A stretch of 64,000 bases of DNA from contig CAVRAY010000001.1 of assembly GCA_963719225.1 (NCBI GenBank), forward strand, positions 1,600,001-1,664,000, written 5' to 3'. The notes under the pieces are model-generated. The model had not been told where the DNA came from and did not search any database. It saw nothing but the letters and a program-made list of their open reading frames with translations. The stretch is from Thermoanaerobaculia bacterium. Lineage in GTDB: Bacteria > Acidobacteriota > Thermoanaerobaculia > UBA5066. Positions 10,703 through 21,842 of this stretch are shown here, piece after piece (within the stretch, counting starts at the first letter, position 1; the number at the start of each line of letters is the position of its first letter). The position numbers and the translations under genes are program-made.

Positions 10703-12199
10703 TCAGCTCCTCTTCGGGGTCTCCGGCGACGATCGGGTCGGCTCGTTGGACGGCTCGGCGTCGCGCCGGACGCCCATCGCCCGCGCGCGTTCGTCCGCGG
10801 TCCGCTCGAGCTGCGCGAGGCGCGAAAGGCGCTCGGCCTCCTTGTCCCGCTCGATTTGCTCGGTCTTCTTCTTCGCCGAGCCCAGGAGCGAGCTCGCGGC
10901 CAGAACGAGCTTCAGATGAAACTGGCCCGTGAACTTCGTGTTCTCGCCGAAGGCGCCCACGAACGAGGCGCCGCTCAAGCGGGCCTCCGAGAAATCCGCG
11001 CCGCCGATGTTCGCCTGCTTGAAGGAGGCGCCCTCGAGCTTCGCGCCGACGAGCTGGGCGAAGCGCACGTCACTGCCCGAGAAATCGGCGTCGTCGGCTT
11101 CGATCCCGAAGAGGTTGGCGCCGGACAGGTTCCCTCCCACCGCGATCGCGCTCGAGAGCCGCGAGCGCTTGAGGTTTGCGCGCCTCAGGTTCGTCCGCGC
11201 GAGCTTGACCTTGGCCATGATGCAGCCTTCGAGATTCGCCTCTGAGAGATCGGCCCCCGAGAGATCGGCTTCCGTGAAGTTCGAGCCGCGCAGGTTCGCG
11301 CGAGAGCCGTTGGCCTCCAGAAGACGTGCGGCCGTGAAGTTGGCCATCCGCATGCGGGGCGTCCTCAGGTCGATCTTGTCGAGCATGGCCCCCGTGAAGT
11401 CGGTCTCCTCGAGCTGCGCCCCGGTGAAGGTGCTGCCCCTCAGGTCCGCCCGATGGGCGCTCGTCTTGCGCATGACGGCTTCGGAGAAGTTCGCGGCCTG
11501 GGCCACGACGCGCTCGAAATCGGCCTCGGAGAGATCGGCTCCCGTGAAATCGGCGCCGTTCGCCTCGGCGCCGCGGAAGACGGCGCGCTGAAGCTTCGCG
11601 CCCTTGAAAGACGTTCCCGTGAGCTTGGCGTCGCGGAAGAACGCGAGGGTCAGGTTCGCCTTGTCGAATCGGCCCTTCCGGTAGGTGACTCCGTCGAAGA
11701 CCGCCTGCGTGAGATCGGTGCCCTCGAAAACGCATCGCTCGAGCTGGGCGCCCCGGAAGTTCGCGTAGAGGAGGCGCCCGAAGGAGAAATCGGTGGCCGT
11801 GAAATCGGTTCCGTCGAGCTTCGCACCCGTCATGTCGACGGCGGTCATGCTGCATTCGCGCACGGTGGCGCTCCTCAGGGTCGAGTTGCGGAAGATCGCG
11901 CCGACGAAGGAGACCCTGTCGAGGACGAGATAGTCGAGGTTCGTGTCGGAGAGATCGACCCGGTCGAGCTTCGAGCCGTTGAACGAAGCCCCCGTGAAGT
12001 GGGCCCGAGCCAGCGACGCGCCCGAGAGGTTGCAGCCCTCGACCTTCGCGCGCGAAAAGTCGGCTCCGGAAAGGTTCTTTCCCGAGAAATCGAGCGCGTG
12101 AAGGCGTGCGTCCGTGAAGTCCGGCGTCAGGGACGGCCGTTCGGCTCGCCAGTCGTTCCAGTCGGGTGCCTGAACGTGTTCGAGGTGTTCTGGGTTCAC
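10703..12199 (-). CDS. Pentapeptide repeat protein
   Basis: About 400 aa of A(D/N)(L/F)xx repeats followed by a charged C-terminal tail. Confidence 0.93.
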   Translation of the reverse strand: MNPEHLEHVQAPDWNDWRAERPSLTPDFTDARLHALDFSGKNLSGADFSRAKVEGCNLSGASLARAHFTGASFNGSKLDRVDLSDTNLDYLVLDRVSFVGAIFRNSTLRSATVRECSMTAVDMTGAKLDGTDFTATDFSFGRLLYANFRGAQLERCVFEGTDLTQAVFDGVTYRKGRFDKANLTLAFFRDAKLTGTSFKGAKLQRAVFRGAEANGADFTGADLSEADFERVVAQAANFSEAVMRKTSAHRADLRGSTFTGAQLEETDFTGAMLDKIDLRTPRMRMANFTAARLLEANGSRANLRGSNFTEADLSGADLSEANLEGCIMAKVKLARTNLRRANLKRSRLSSAIAVGGNLSGANLFGIEADDADFSGSDVRFAQLVGAKLEGASFKQANIGGADFSEARLSGASFVGAFGENTKFTGQFHLKLVLAASSLLGSAKKKTEQIERDKEAERLSRLAQLERTADERARAMGVRRDAEPSNEPTRSSPETPKRS

Positions 12200-12237
12200 G
12201 TCCGTCTAGTGTATCGAAGCCTGTAACATTCGTGGGA

Positions 12238-13722
12238 ATGGCCGATGCCGTCCGGGGACCGGAGCGGATACGCCGAGCGCTGCTCGGAGGCTACCCCCTC
12301 CTTTACATCGTGTCCTGGGAGGAAGGACGCGTGGAGCGGGCGATCGCGGCGCTCGCCCAGAAGTTTTACGAGAAACCCGTCCCGTTCTCGATGTGGAGCT
12401 GCGTGGACGGCATCGTCACCGGGTCGGAGAGGGTCCCCGACACGGCTGATCCCCTCAAGGCGCTGGACGCAATCCTCGCGACGACAGGGCCCGCCTTCTT
12501 CCTCATGAAGGACCTCACGGCCTTCCTCGGCAAGCCCGAGGTCGTCCGGCGGCTCCGGGACGCCTATCGGGCCCTCAAGGGCAAGGGGCGGTTCCTCGTC
12601 CTCATGTCCCCGCGCCTCGTCATCCCCGACGATCTCAAGAAAGAGATCTACATCCTCGACTACGACCTTCCGGACGAGAGCGAGATCCTGTTCCTCCTCG
12701 GCCACCTCGGAAAGCGCTACTTCGCGGGGAAGGGCCTCTCCGAAGCGGATGCGAAGAAGCTCGCCATGGCGCTGAAGGGCCTCACGCAGGACGAGACGGA
12801 GCACGTCATCTCGCGGGTCTTCTCGCGCCGGCCCGTCTTCGACGAAGAGGCCTATTTCGAGGTCCTCGCCGAGAAGCAGCAGGCGACCCGCAAGGACGGC
12901 GTTCTCGAGTTCGTGCCGCCGCGGTTCTCCCTCGCGGACGTGGGAGGCCTCGAGAATCTCAAGGAATGGCTCGTGAAGCGCCAGAACCTCTTCACGAAGG
13001 AGGCGCAGGATGCCGGCGTGTCCGTGCCGAAGGGCATCCTGCTCATGGGGGTCTCAGGCTGCGGAAAGTCGCTCTCCGTCAAGGCCATCTCCGCGCTCTG
13101 GAACCTGCCGCTCTTCCGCCTGGACATGAACCTCGTCTTCGGCACGGACAACCCGGAACAGACGTTCCACCGCGCGCTCCAGAGCGTGGAGTCGCTCTCG
13201 CCCGCGCTCCTCTGGATCGACGAGATCGAGATGGCGATCACGGGCGGACGCGACGCCGGGGGCGGCGACCCGTCGCTCGGGCGCATCTTCTCGGCGTTTC
13301 TCACCTGGATGCAGGAGAAGCAGGGTCTCGTCTTCGTGGCGGCGACCGCGAACCGCATCCACCTCCTGCCCGCCGAGATCATCCGCAAGGGCCGATTCGA
13401 CCAGGTGTTCTTCCTCGACCTGCCGAACGAGAACGAGCGCAAGGCCATCTTCAACGTCCATCTCAGGAAAGTGGGGTCGGACGTCACGCTCTTCGACGTC
13501 GTGTTCCTGTCGAAGGCGACGAAGGGCTTCGTCGGTTCGGAGATCGAGGCAGCCGTTCAGGCCGCGGCCGTCGAGGCCTTCAACCAGGGGCGAAAGCTCA
13601 CCGAGGACGACATGTCGAAGATGCTGACCGCCACCGTGCCCCTCTCGCGCACGATGGACGAGCAGATCAAGGCCATCAAGAGCTGGGCGCACGATCGCGC
13701 CATGCCCGCCTCGAAGGCCTGA
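12238..13722 (+). CDS. AAA+ ATPase, Ycf46-like
   Basis: YIVSWEEGR N-domain, VGGLENLKEWL, GVSGCGKS, WIDEIE, ATAN, RKGRFDQVFF; ATG at 12238. Confidence 0.88.
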   Translation: MADAVRGPERIRRALLGGYPLLYIVSWEEGRVERAIAALAQKFYEKPVPFSMWSCVDGIVTGSERVPDTADPLKALDAILATTGPAFFLMKDLTAFLGKPEVVRRLRDAYRALKGKGRFLVLMSPRLVIPDDLKKEIYILDYDLPDESEILFLLGHLGKRYFAGKGLSEADAKKLAMALKGLTQDETEHVISRVFSRRPVFDEEAYFEVLAEKQQATRKDGVLEFVPPRFSLADVGGLENLKEWLVKRQNLFTKEAQDAGVSVPKGILLMGVSGCGKSLSVKAISALWNLPLFRLDMNLVFGTDNPEQTFHRALQSVESLSPALLWIDEIEMAITGGRDAGGGDPSLGRIFSAFLTWMQEKQGLVFVAATANRIHLLPAEIIRKGRFDQVFFLDLPNENERKAIFNVHLRKVGSDVTLFDVVFLSKATKGFVGSEIEAAVQAAAVEAFNQGRKLTEDDMSKMLTATVPLSRTMDEQIKAIKSWAHDRAMPASKA

Positions 13723-13728
13723 ACCGGC

Positions 13729-14088
13729 TCAGCGCAGCGGCGGGGGAGGCGGCGTGGCGCCCTCGGGGGCCACGATCACGGCCGTCCCGTAGCAGAGAAC
13801 CTCGGTGACGCCGTCCATCACCTCCGTCGCGTCGTAGCGAACGCCGACCACCGCATTCGCACCGATGTCGCGCGCGTGGGTCAGCATCATGTCGAAGGCC
13901 TCGGTCCGCGTCTTCTCGCACAGCTCGGTGAAGAGCGTGATGTTCCCGCCGACGAGCGTCTGCAGCGACCCGCCGATCGTCCCGAAGATCGAGCGCGAGC
14001 GCACCGTGATGCCACGCACGACGCCGAGGTTTCGCGTCACGCGGTAGCCGTCGAGGGTGAACGTGGTCGTCGTCATCGGATGCGTCAT
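13729..14088 (-). CDS. YbjQ/UPF0145 family protein
   Basis: [12 protein letters not shown]...[11 protein letters not shown]...YGTAV. Confidence 0.88.
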   Translation of the reverse strand: MTHPMTTTTFTLDGYRVTRNLGVVRGITVRSRSIFGTIGGSLQTLVGGNITLFTELCEKTRTEAFDMMLTHARDIGANAVVGVRYDATEVMDGVTEVLCYGTAVIVAPEGATPPPPPLR

Positions 14089-14101
14089 GGAGGCATTCTC
14101 C

Positions 14102-14785
14102 TCAGTTGCTGCGCGGATCGATTCCGGACCGCCGGTACGGACCGAGGAAATCGAGCCGCCTCTGCACGTCCGCGATGTGCTCGATCGCCCACGCATAACG
14201 CTCTTCGAGGCGGTCCATGACGAGGAGCCGGTAGCCGTCCTCGGCATCCAGCCCGAGCCGCGTGAGCGCCTCGTTCACGAAGCCTTCGTCGGAGAGCTGC
14301 GACGGCAGAGAGCGCGCCTGCGAGCGGCCGACGGAGTCGGCGAGCCGTTCCACGCTCTTGGCGAGGAGCCGGCGGAGGTCGCGCCGGGTCCGGCCTCCGG
14401 TCGACGTCGCCGGAAGCGGACGAACGGCGAGCGGATCGACCTCGGCCACGCGATAGGGGGCGGGCGTTTCGCGCTCGCCCGCGATCCGGTATCGGAAGGT
14501 TCCCCTGAGAAGGATGTTCGAGCGCCCGTCCTCGAGCGGCTCGTGCCGCACGATCTCGCCGGCGCAGCCGACCTCGAAGACGGCGGGCCGTCCGGCGCCG
14601 TCGGGGGGAGCGGCCGGGTTCAGGAGCTGGATGCCGATGACCCGGTCGCCCGCGAGCGCGTCCGCGAGCATCGTCCGGTATCGGGGCTCGAAGACGTGAA
14701 GCGGGAGCGTCGTCTCCGGCAGCAGCAGCACGTTCGGGAGCGGGAACAGAGGGAGGAGGATCCGTTCGTTCATGCGCGCGACCAT
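14102..14785 (-). CDS. LON peptidase substrate-binding domain protein
   Basis: [41 protein letters not shown]. Confidence 0.9.
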   Translation of the reverse strand: MVARMNERILLPLFPLPNVLLLPETTLPLHVFEPRYRTMLADALAGDRVIGIQLLNPAAPPDGAGRPAVFEVGCAGEIVRHEPLEDGRSNILLRGTFRYRIAGERETPAPYRVAEVDPLAVRPLPATSTGGRTRRDLRRLLAKSVERLADSVGRSQARSLPSQLSDEGFVNEALTRLGLDAEDGYRLLVMDRLEERYAWAIEHIADVQRRLDFLGPYRRSGIDPRSN

Positions 14786-14836
14786 GATGCAACCAGATGA
14801 GTGCGCCCCGAATCGGGCATGTTATCTTTCCTCGGG

Positions 14837-15067
14837 ATGGCCAATAAGGACGACCGCTACGCCGAGAACGCTCCCGGGAAATTCTACGTCGATACGCAGT
14901 GCATCGACTGCGACGTCTGCCGCGTCACGGCGCCGGCGAATTTCACCCGCCAGGAAGACAAGGGCTTCTCGTACGTGATGAAGCAGGCCGAGACGCCCGA
15001 GGAAGAGGCCCAGTGCCAGGAAGCCATGGACTCCTGCCCGGTCGAAGCCATCGGGAACGACGGCTAG
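14837..15067 (+). CDS. Single-cluster ferredoxin
   Basis: CIDCDVC...CPVEAIG; ATG at 14837. Confidence 0.9.
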   Translation: MANKDDRYAENAPGKFYVDTQCIDCDVCRVTAPANFTRQEDKGFSYVMKQAETPEEEAQCQEAMDSCPVEAIGNDG

Positions 15068-15990
15068 AGCGCCCTTCTCGCGTGGTAGCTCGACCTGACG
15101 AGCGGTCCTGATTCGACGAGAGAAAACCCCATCTCCTCCCCCTCTGTTCGAATCTCCTCGAACTCCGCCGGCGTGTAGTACCGCTCGATCGGGAGGCGGC
15201 GCGCGTGGGGCTGGAGGTACTGGCCCACCGTGACGACGTCCGCGCCGCAGGACCGGATGTCGCGTAGCGTCGCCCGAAGCTCCTCGCGCGTCTCGCCGAG
15301 CCCCACCATGACCCCGCTCTTCACTTTCAAAGAAATCTTCTCCTCGTCTCTCCTCTTGGCGGCCCTCCGGAGGAGCTCCAGCGATCGGGCGTAGATCGCG
15401 TCCGGCCGCACGCGCCGGTAGAGGCGCTCGACGGTCTCCGTGTTGTGGTTGAGCACCTCCGGCCACGCGTCGAGGACGGTCCCGAGGGCGGCCTCGCTGC
15501 CGAGAAAGTCCGGGATGAGAACCTCGATCGTGACGCCGGTCGCGAGGGAGCGAATCTCCCGGATCGTCGCCGCGAAGTGAGCGGCGCCGCCGCCCGGGAG
15601 CTCGTCGCGGTTCACGGACGTTATGACGGCGTGTGCGACGCCGAGCGTCTTCACCGCCTCGGCCACGTGGCGCGGCTCTTCGGGGTCGAGAGGCTTCCCG
15701 GCACCCTGCGCCACCGCGCAGAAGCCGCAATGCCGCGTGCACACGTCGCCCATGAGCATGAACGTCGCCGTCTTCTCGACGCCCCAGCATTCGAAGATGT
15801 TCGGGCAGCGCGCCTCCTGGCACACGGTGTTGAGGTGCTTGTCCTCCAAGAGTTTCGCGATGCCGCGCGAGGTCTCGTTGTCGTGGACCCGCACCTTGAG
15901 CCACTCGGGCCGGGGGGTGATGCCGTAAAGAGGCCGCGCGGCGCTCACGCTTTTCAGTCTAGCGCGTGTGACTGCGTTGCGATCGGCCAT
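15064..15990 (-). CDS. lipA: Lipoyl synthase
   Basis: [40 protein letters not shown]. Confidence 0.96.
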   Translation of the reverse strand: MADRNAVTRARLKSVSAARPLYGITPRPEWLKVRVHDNETSRGIAKLLEDKHLNTVCQEARCPNIFECWGVEKTATFMLMGDVCTRHCGFCAVAQGAGKPLDPEEPRHVAEAVKTLGVAHAVITSVNRDELPGGGAAHFAATIREIRSLATGVTIEVLIPDFLGSEAALGTVLDAWPEVLNHNTETVERLYRRVRPDAIYARSLELLRRAAKRRDEEKISLKVKSGVMVGLGETREELRATLRDIRSCGADVVTVGQYLQPHARRLPIERYYTPAEFEEIRTEGEEMGFSLVESGPLVRSSYHARRAL

Positions 15991-16034
15991 ACCGGCTCCG
16001 GATATGCTCCTGTGGAACAAGGAGGAGATCTTTC

Positions 16035-16598
16035 ATGGTGTCCATCCCGTCCCTCTGGCTGCCCATCCTGCTCTCCGCCGTCGCCGTGTTCATTGCGAGC
16101 TCGATCATTCACATGGTCCTCGGGTACCACGCCGCGGATTACAAGAAGCTTCCCGCAGAGGACGACGTGATGGCCGCCCTGCGGAAGTTCGACATTCCGC
16201 CCGGCGACTATCTGGTGCCGTGCGCCGGCAGCGCGAAGGCCATGAAGGATCCCGCTTTCATGGAGAAGTTCAAGGCCGGGCCGAGAATCATGATGACCGT
16301 CATGGGGAGCGGCGGCGAGATGAGCATGGCGCCGCAGTTCATCCAGTGGTTCCTGTACTGCGTCGTCATCGGCATCACGTCCGCGTACATTTCCGGCCGC
16401 GCCCTCGCGCCCGGAGCGCACTACCTCCAGGTCTTCCGGTTCGCGGGCGCGACGGCGTTCTTCGGCTACAGCCTCGCGCTCTGGCAGTCGTCGATCTGGT
16501 ACCGGAGGTCCTGGGGGACGACCTTCCGGCTCACGATCGACGGCCTGATCTTCGGGCTCCTGACGGGCGGCTTCTTCGGGTGGCTCTGGCCCCGGTAG
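16035..16598 (+). CDS. Hypothetical integral membrane protein
   Basis: Strong SD AAGGAGG; about 4 hydrophobic segments; genome-typical codon usage. Confidence 0.75.
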   Translation: MVSIPSLWLPILLSAVAVFIASSIIHMVLGYHAADYKKLPAEDDVMAALRKFDIPPGDYLVPCAGSAKAMKDPAFMEKFKAGPRIMMTVMGSGGEMSMAPQFIQWFLYCVVIGITSAYISGRALAPGAHYLQVFRFAGATAFFGYSLALWQSSIWYRRSWGTTFRLTIDGLIFGLLTGGFFGWLWPR

Positions 16599-16628
16599 CC
16601 AGGAAGAATCAGTCGACGCGAAAGAAAT

Positions 16629-17285
16629 TCAACCCCGCCCGCGGATTCCCTCGCGCGCGGCCCACTGCCAGACGGGATCCCACGCGTGATACAGGCAGCG
16701 GACGCCTTCGACGTCCTCTTCCTCGAGCGGCGCGGGGAAACGCATGTCGGCCGTCCGCTCGACGGCCGCACGCGCGGCCTCGCGTACGACGAGCCATTCG
16801 CGGGCGTCCTCCTCGCGTCCCTCGTGATAAGGGTCCACGCCGAGCGTAAGTAGCGTAGGGAGGTTCTTCGGACTGCGTTCGACGTCCAGGATGCGGACGG
16901 CCTGCAGGCGATTGCGGCCGTTCGGATCCGTCAGGAACTCGCGCACGGCCACCTGGAGATCGTCGGGGTCGAAGTAGGCGAACGCCATGAGCGCGTCGCA
17001 GCGTACGGCCGGCTCGGCATCGAGAAGGAGGTCGCGCACCTGGCCCGCGAGCGGCCGGAAGGGCTCGAGCCGTTCGGCCGAGTCGTCCTGGAGGCCAGCG
17101 AAGATGAAAAGGCCGGCCCGGCGGGTGTCGGCGTCGGGATCGACGAGCGCCTGCGCGACGAGGCCCACGGTCTCGTCGTCCACGGGGGCGTGCACGATCT
17201 GGTCGAACCGCAGCGTCTCCCCCTCGCCGGCGTACGGCGCGATGCGCCCCGTGAGGAGCTCGTAGATCCCACCCCGCTCCGTCAT
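16629..17285 (-). CDS. HEAT-repeat-like protein
   Basis: L.DPD..TR..., LLDAEPAVRCDAL, LTDPNGRNRLQAV units; ATGA overlap with lipB. Confidence 0.65.
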   Translation of the reverse strand: MTERGGIYELLTGRIAPYAGEGETLRFDQIVHAPVDDETVGLVAQALVDPDADTRRAGLFIFAGLQDDSAERLEPFRPLAGQVRDLLLDAEPAVRCDALMAFAYFDPDDLQVAVREFLTDPNGRNRLQAVRILDVERSPKNLPTLLTLGVDPYHEGREEDAREWLVVREAARAAVERTADMRFPAPLEEEDVEGVRCLYHAWDPVWQWAAREGIRGRG

Positions 17286-17959
17286 GGCGTTTCTCCCTTC
17301 TCCCGATCGAAGACTCTCAGGAAATGACTTACGAAGCTCTCCGCGACCTCCTGCAGCGCCGGCGGCGGCCTGTCCGGCGTCTCCCGCGAAAGGGACGTCA
17401 CGCCGCCGTCTGCGATCCCGCACGGGATGAAAAGCGAAAACCTTGCCAGGTCGGTCGAGACGTTCAGTGCGGCGCCGTGCGTCGTGACCCAGCGGGACAG
17501 ATGGACTCCGATCGCCGCCAATTTGTCGTTTCCGACCCAGATCGAGGCCTTCCTTTCCGGAACGGAGCTTCGAGCCGCCGACACTCCGAAGTCGCTGGCG
17601 GTACGAATAAGTGTCTCCTCGAGGTCGCAAACGTAACGCCGCACGTCGCGCCTGCCGGCCGCGAGATCGAGGACGGGGTACACGACGAGCTGTCCGGGTC
17701 CGTGAAACGTGAGCTTTCCACCCCGATCTGTGACGCGTACCACAACGCCACGCTGGAGCAGGAAGTCCTCCGACACGAGAAGCTCCCCGAGCCCGGCGTT
17801 CCGTCCCACGGTGATGACGTCCGTGTGCTCGAGAAGGAAGAGCGTGTCGTGCCCGCCGGCCTTCACGCGCGCCTCGGCTTCCTGCTGAAGCGCGAAGGCC
17901 GCGTCCCACGAGACGCGGCCCTTCGGAAGGAGGTTGACGACGTCGAGCGACCGGGGCAT
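17282..17959 (-). CDS. lipB: Octanoyl/lipoyl transferase
   Basis: LLEH..VITVGR, DRGGKLTFHGPGQLVVYP, KLAAIG, HGAALN, IPCG. Confidence 0.94.
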   Translation of the reverse strand: MPRSLDVVNLLPKGRVSWDAAFALQQEAEARVKAGGHDTLFLLEHTDVITVGRNAGLGELLVSEDFLLQRGVVVRVTDRGGKLTFHGPGQLVVYPVLDLAAGRRDVRRYVCDLEETLIRTASDFGVSAARSSVPERKASIWVGNDKLAAIGVHLSRWVTTHGAALNVSTDLARFSLFIPCGIADGGVTSLSRETPDRPPPALQEVAESFVSHFLRVFDREKGETP

Positions 17960-17967
17960 GGAGAATT

Positions 17968-19640
17968 CTACTCGATCGCCTCCAGCTCGCTCCACGCGCC
18001 CTTCTCGAGCGTCGCCTTGACGACGTTCACGAACGCATCTCCCTCGGCCCCGTCGATGAGCCGGTGGTCGAACGTGAGCGCGATGTAGCCCATCGTCTTG
18101 ATGGCGAGCGAATCGGAGCCGTCCGGCATCTCGACGACCTTCGCCCTCTTCTCGATCGCGCCGACGCCCATGATGGCGACCTGCGGCTGGTTGATGACGG
18201 GCGTCGCGAAGAGCGACCCGAACGAGCCGTGATTCGTCACGGTGAACGTGCCCCCCGCCACCTCGTCCGGCACGAGCTTCTTCGCGCGCGCCCGCGTGGC
18301 GAGGTCGTTCGCCGCGCGCGCCAGGCCCACGAGGGAGAGGTCGTCCGCGCGGCGGATGACGGGCACGATGAGACCCCAGTCGAGCGCGACGGCGATACCC
18401 AGGTTCACCTCGCGGTGATAGACCACGTCGTCGCCGACGATGGAGGCGTTCACGAGCGGGCGTGCCTTGAGAGCCGCGACCGCCGCGCGCAGAAGGAAGG
18501 GCAGGTACGACAGCTTCGTGCCGTACTGCTGCTCGAAGCGGGCCTTCACGCGGTTCCTCAGCTTCGCGATGCCCGAGTAGTCGACTTCGAACACGGTCGT
18601 CACGTGAGCCGACGTCTGCTTCGACTCGACCATCCGCTGCGCGATCTTCCGTCGCATCGCGCTCATGGGCTCGACGGTGACGCTGCTTCCGGACGGGAAC
18701 GCGAGCGCCGTGGGCGACGGCGCGGGCGCGCGGGGGGGACCGGAGCTTCCGCGGGTCGCGCGGCGAGGACCGCGGGAGCCGGCTCGGGAGCTGCGGGAGA
18801 GGGAGCCGGAGGTTCGGAGATTTTCTGAGAAGGCGCGGGAGCGGGCGCTGCAGCCTGTGTTGCCGGTGCCGCGGCGGCAGCCGGCTGTACACCCTTCGAA
18901 GAATCTTCTCTCCCGGTCCCCGGCGCGGCCGAAGGCCGCGCTCCTCCCGCCAGGTATCCCTCGATGTCCTGCTTCGTCACCCGGCCCGAGATGCCCGTGC
19001 CCGGGATCTGCGAGATGTCGACGCCCTTCTCCTCCGCGATCGCGCGGACGACGGGCGACGAGCGCCGCCGAAGGAGCTCTTCCTGTGATTCGCCGGGTTG
19101 AGCGGGAACGGAAGAAGGAATTGAAGATTGCTTGGAAGGCGCGGGAACGGCTGCCGCAGATGGTGTCGCCGGAGCCGCGGCGGGGGCCGGCTGCCCACCC
19201 TTCGAAGAAACCGGCGCCGCCGGAGGCGGCGCTCCTGTCCCCGGTCTCTCTTTAGCCTTCGAAGAATCTTCCGCCGGCGGAGCCGGCGGTGGCGCCGCGG
19301 CGGCCTGAGCCGCCATTCCCGCCGCGGTCGAGCTTTTCACCTCGTCCGACGAAGCCTGTTCTTCCGCAGCCGGCGGCGCAGGCGCCGCAGCGGCTTTCTC
19401 TCCCGCCTCTCCGAGGCGCGCGACGACGGTGTTGATGGGCACTGTCTGCCCTTCTGGGACGAGGATTTCGAGGAGGGTACCGCTGCCCGGAGAGGGGATT
19501 TCGGCGTCCACCTTGTCGGTGGAAATCTCGAAGAGAGGTTCGTCGCGCTTCACCGCGTCGCCGGGCTTCTTGAGCCATTTCGTGAGCGTGCCTTCGGCGA
19601 TCGACTCGCCCATCTGCGGCATGATGACGTTCGTCGGCAT
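17968..19640 (-). CDS. 2-oxoacid dehydrogenase E2 dihydrolipoamide acyltransferase (apparent frameshift at the homopolymer 18732-18738)
   Basis: Lipoyl domain STDKVDAE, E3-binding GTGISGRVTKQD, catalytic FDHRLIDG in the second frame. Confidence 0.9.
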
Positions 19641-19658
19641 GGTCTTTATCTCCGGTGG

Positions 19659-20696
19659 CTAATACCGCACGAGCTTGCGCACGGCGGCCAGCAGCGTCTT
19701 CACGTTCGGGAGGAACGCCTCCTCCAGGGGTGGAGAGTACGGCACCGGAGTGTCGGGCGCCGTCACGCGCAGGATCGGGCCGTCCAGCCATTCGAACGCT
19801 TTCTCGGAAAGCGTGGCGGCGATCTCGGCTCCGAGCCCGCCCGTGCGCGTGTCCTCGTGGAGAACGAGGCACTTTCCGGTGCGCTTGACGGACTCGAGGA
19901 TCGCTTCCTCGTCCAGGGGCAGGAGCGTCCTGAGGTCGAGCACCTCGGCCGAGACGCCGTCTTTCTCGAGAATCGCGGCGGCTTCGAGGGCCATCCAGAG
20001 CATCGCGCCGTAGGTGACGATCGTGAGGTCCCGTCCGGCCCGGCGCACGGCGGCCTTTCCGATCGGGACGACGTAGTCCTCCTCGGGCACGCGGTCTTTC
20101 ACCCTTCTGTAGAGGAACTTGTGCTCCAGGAAGATGACCGGATCGTCGTCGCGGATCGCGGCCTTCAGGAGCCCTTTCGCGTCGTAAGCGGTCGCGGGCG
20201 CCACGACCTTGAGGCCCGGCGTCTTGACGAAGTACATCTCGGGGCTCTGCGAGTGATACGGCCCTCCGTGGACTCCGGCGCCCGACGGACCGCGCACGAC
20301 CATCGGGACGCCGACGCCGGTCCGGTACCGGTTCTTGGCCGCGAAGTTCGTGAGGAGGTCGAAGGCGCGCGAGATGAAGTCGATGAACTGCATCTCCGCT
20401 ACGGGACGCATGCCTCGCATCGCCGCCCCGATCGCGCCGCCGACGATGCCCTCCTCGGCGAGCGGCGTGTCGAGGACGCGTGCCTTGCCGAATCTCTCCT
20501 GCAGCCCCTCCGTCGCCTTGAAAGCGCCGCCGTAGACGCCTACGTCCTGGCCGAGGACGAAGACCCGTTCGTCGCGCTCCATCTCCTCGAAGAGCGCCTG
20601 TCGGATGGCCTCGAGGTAGAAGATCTCGACGCCGGCGGTCGCGTCGGCCGTCAGGGTCAGCGCCGCACCGCTTCGGGCGACTCGCGGGTCTGCCAT
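19659..20696 (-). CDS. 2-oxoacid dehydrogenase E1 beta (branched-chain type likely)
   Basis: GQDVGVYGGAF, DTPLAE, HGGPYHSQS, DLRTLLPLD. Confidence 0.92.
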   Translation of the reverse strand: MADPRVARSGAALTLTADATAGVEIFYLEAIRQALFEEMERDERVFVLGQDVGVYGGAFKATEGLQERFGKARVLDTPLAEEGIVGGAIGAAMRGMRPVAEMQFIDFISRAFDLLTNFAAKNRYRTGVGVPMVVRGPSGAGVHGGPYHSQSPEMYFVKTPGLKVVAPATAYDAKGLLKAAIRDDDPVIFLEHKFLYRRVKDRVPEEDYVVPIGKAAVRRAGRDLTIVTYGAMLWMALEAAAILEKDGVSAEVLDLRTLLPLDEEAILESVKRTGKCLVLHEDTRTGGLGAEIAATLSEKAFEWLDGPILRVTAPDTPVPYSPPLEEAFLPNVKTLLAAVRKLVRY

Positions 20697-21712
20697 CAGA
20701 GGCCCCCCGTGAAAACACCGGCGCGGCTGCGCGCGAGGATGCTCTCGTCGGCGTAGACGCCGCGGAAGGCGAGGGCCGGGTCGGGGAACGGCGAGGCCTC
20801 GGCGAACGCCACGTCCGCGTCGAGCTGCCTCTCCACCTCTTCGTGGATCCTGTGCCGCTCGGCGGCCGGCATCGCGCCGGAGGACTCGAGTGCGGATTCG
20901 AAGCGGGCAATCGGGTCCCGGGCGCGCCAGGCGGTCAGCTCTTTCGGATCGACGTACGCCTGCGCGTCGTGCTCGGCGTGACCCTTCATGCGGTAGGTCT
21001 TGCACTCGAGAAGAGTGGGACCGCCGCCCAGACGCGCTCGACTCACCGCCGTGCGGGCGGCCTCGTACACGGCGAGCGCGTCGTTTCCGTCGACGACCTC
21101 GCCGGGAATCCCGTAGCCGGGGGCCTTGTCGGCGAGTGTCCGGGCCGCACACTGCTTTTCGTAGGGCGTCGAGTACGCCCACCCGTTGAACTCCACGACG
21201 AGGACGAGCGGAAGCCTCTGCACGGCGGCGAAGTTCAGGCCTTCGTGGAACGCTCCCACGGACGTCCCGCCGTCTCCGAGGTACGTCATGCCGACCGTGC
21301 TCTTGCCCTGCATGCGATCGGCGAGGAGCATTCCCGCCACGACCGGGACGAGCGTCCCGAGCATCGCGATCGGCGAATAGACGCCCTTCTCCGGGACGGA
21401 GAAGTGGAGGTTCGCGTCCTTGCCGCCGGAGGGGGCGGTCGCGCGCGCCATGTATTGCGTGAGGATGTCGCGCGGCGAAATGCCGCGCGCGAGAACGGAG
21501 CCGAGGTTCCGGATGAGCGGCGCGAGGAGGTCTCCCTCGTCGAGCGCGAACGCGCTCGCCACGGAGGTCGCTTCCTGCCCGAGCGAGCGGTAGAGGCCGC
21601 CCACGACCTTCCCCTGGCGGTACAGGTTCACGAGCCGCTCCTCGAGCAGCCGATTCAACAGCATGCAGCGATAGAGGTCGGCGAGGCGTTGCGGCGGCAG
21701 AGACGTCGTCAT
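20696..21712 (-). CDS. 2-oxoacid dehydrogenase E1 alpha
   Basis: GQEA, TPP motif GDG...N, YRMKGHAEHD; ATG at 21712. Confidence 0.92.
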   Translation of the reverse strand: MTTSLPPQRLADLYRCMLLNRLLEERLVNLYRQGKVVGGLYRSLGQEATSVASAFALDEGDLLAPLIRNLGSVLARGISPRDILTQYMARATAPSGGKDANLHFSVPEKGVYSPIAMLGTLVPVVAGMLLADRMQGKSTVGMTYLGDGGTSVGAFHEGLNFAAVQRLPLVLVVEFNGWAYSTPYEKQCAARTLADKAPGYGIPGEVVDGNDALAVYEAARTAVSRARLGGGPTLLECKTYRMKGHAEHDAQAYVDPKELTAWRARDPIARFESALESSGAMPAAERHRIHEEVERQLDADVAFAEASPFPDPALAFRGVYADESILARSRAGVFTGGL

Positions 21713-21842
21713 CTTCGGGAGCTCGTCCGGATTGCGGAGCGAGCCGCGATTATCAAGGTCCGCTCCGGCGAGGGCAAACGAGCCGGCGAAGCGCCTTGCC
21801 CCGTCCATCCGGGGCGTGTAACGTCATTCCGTCGGACGAGTG

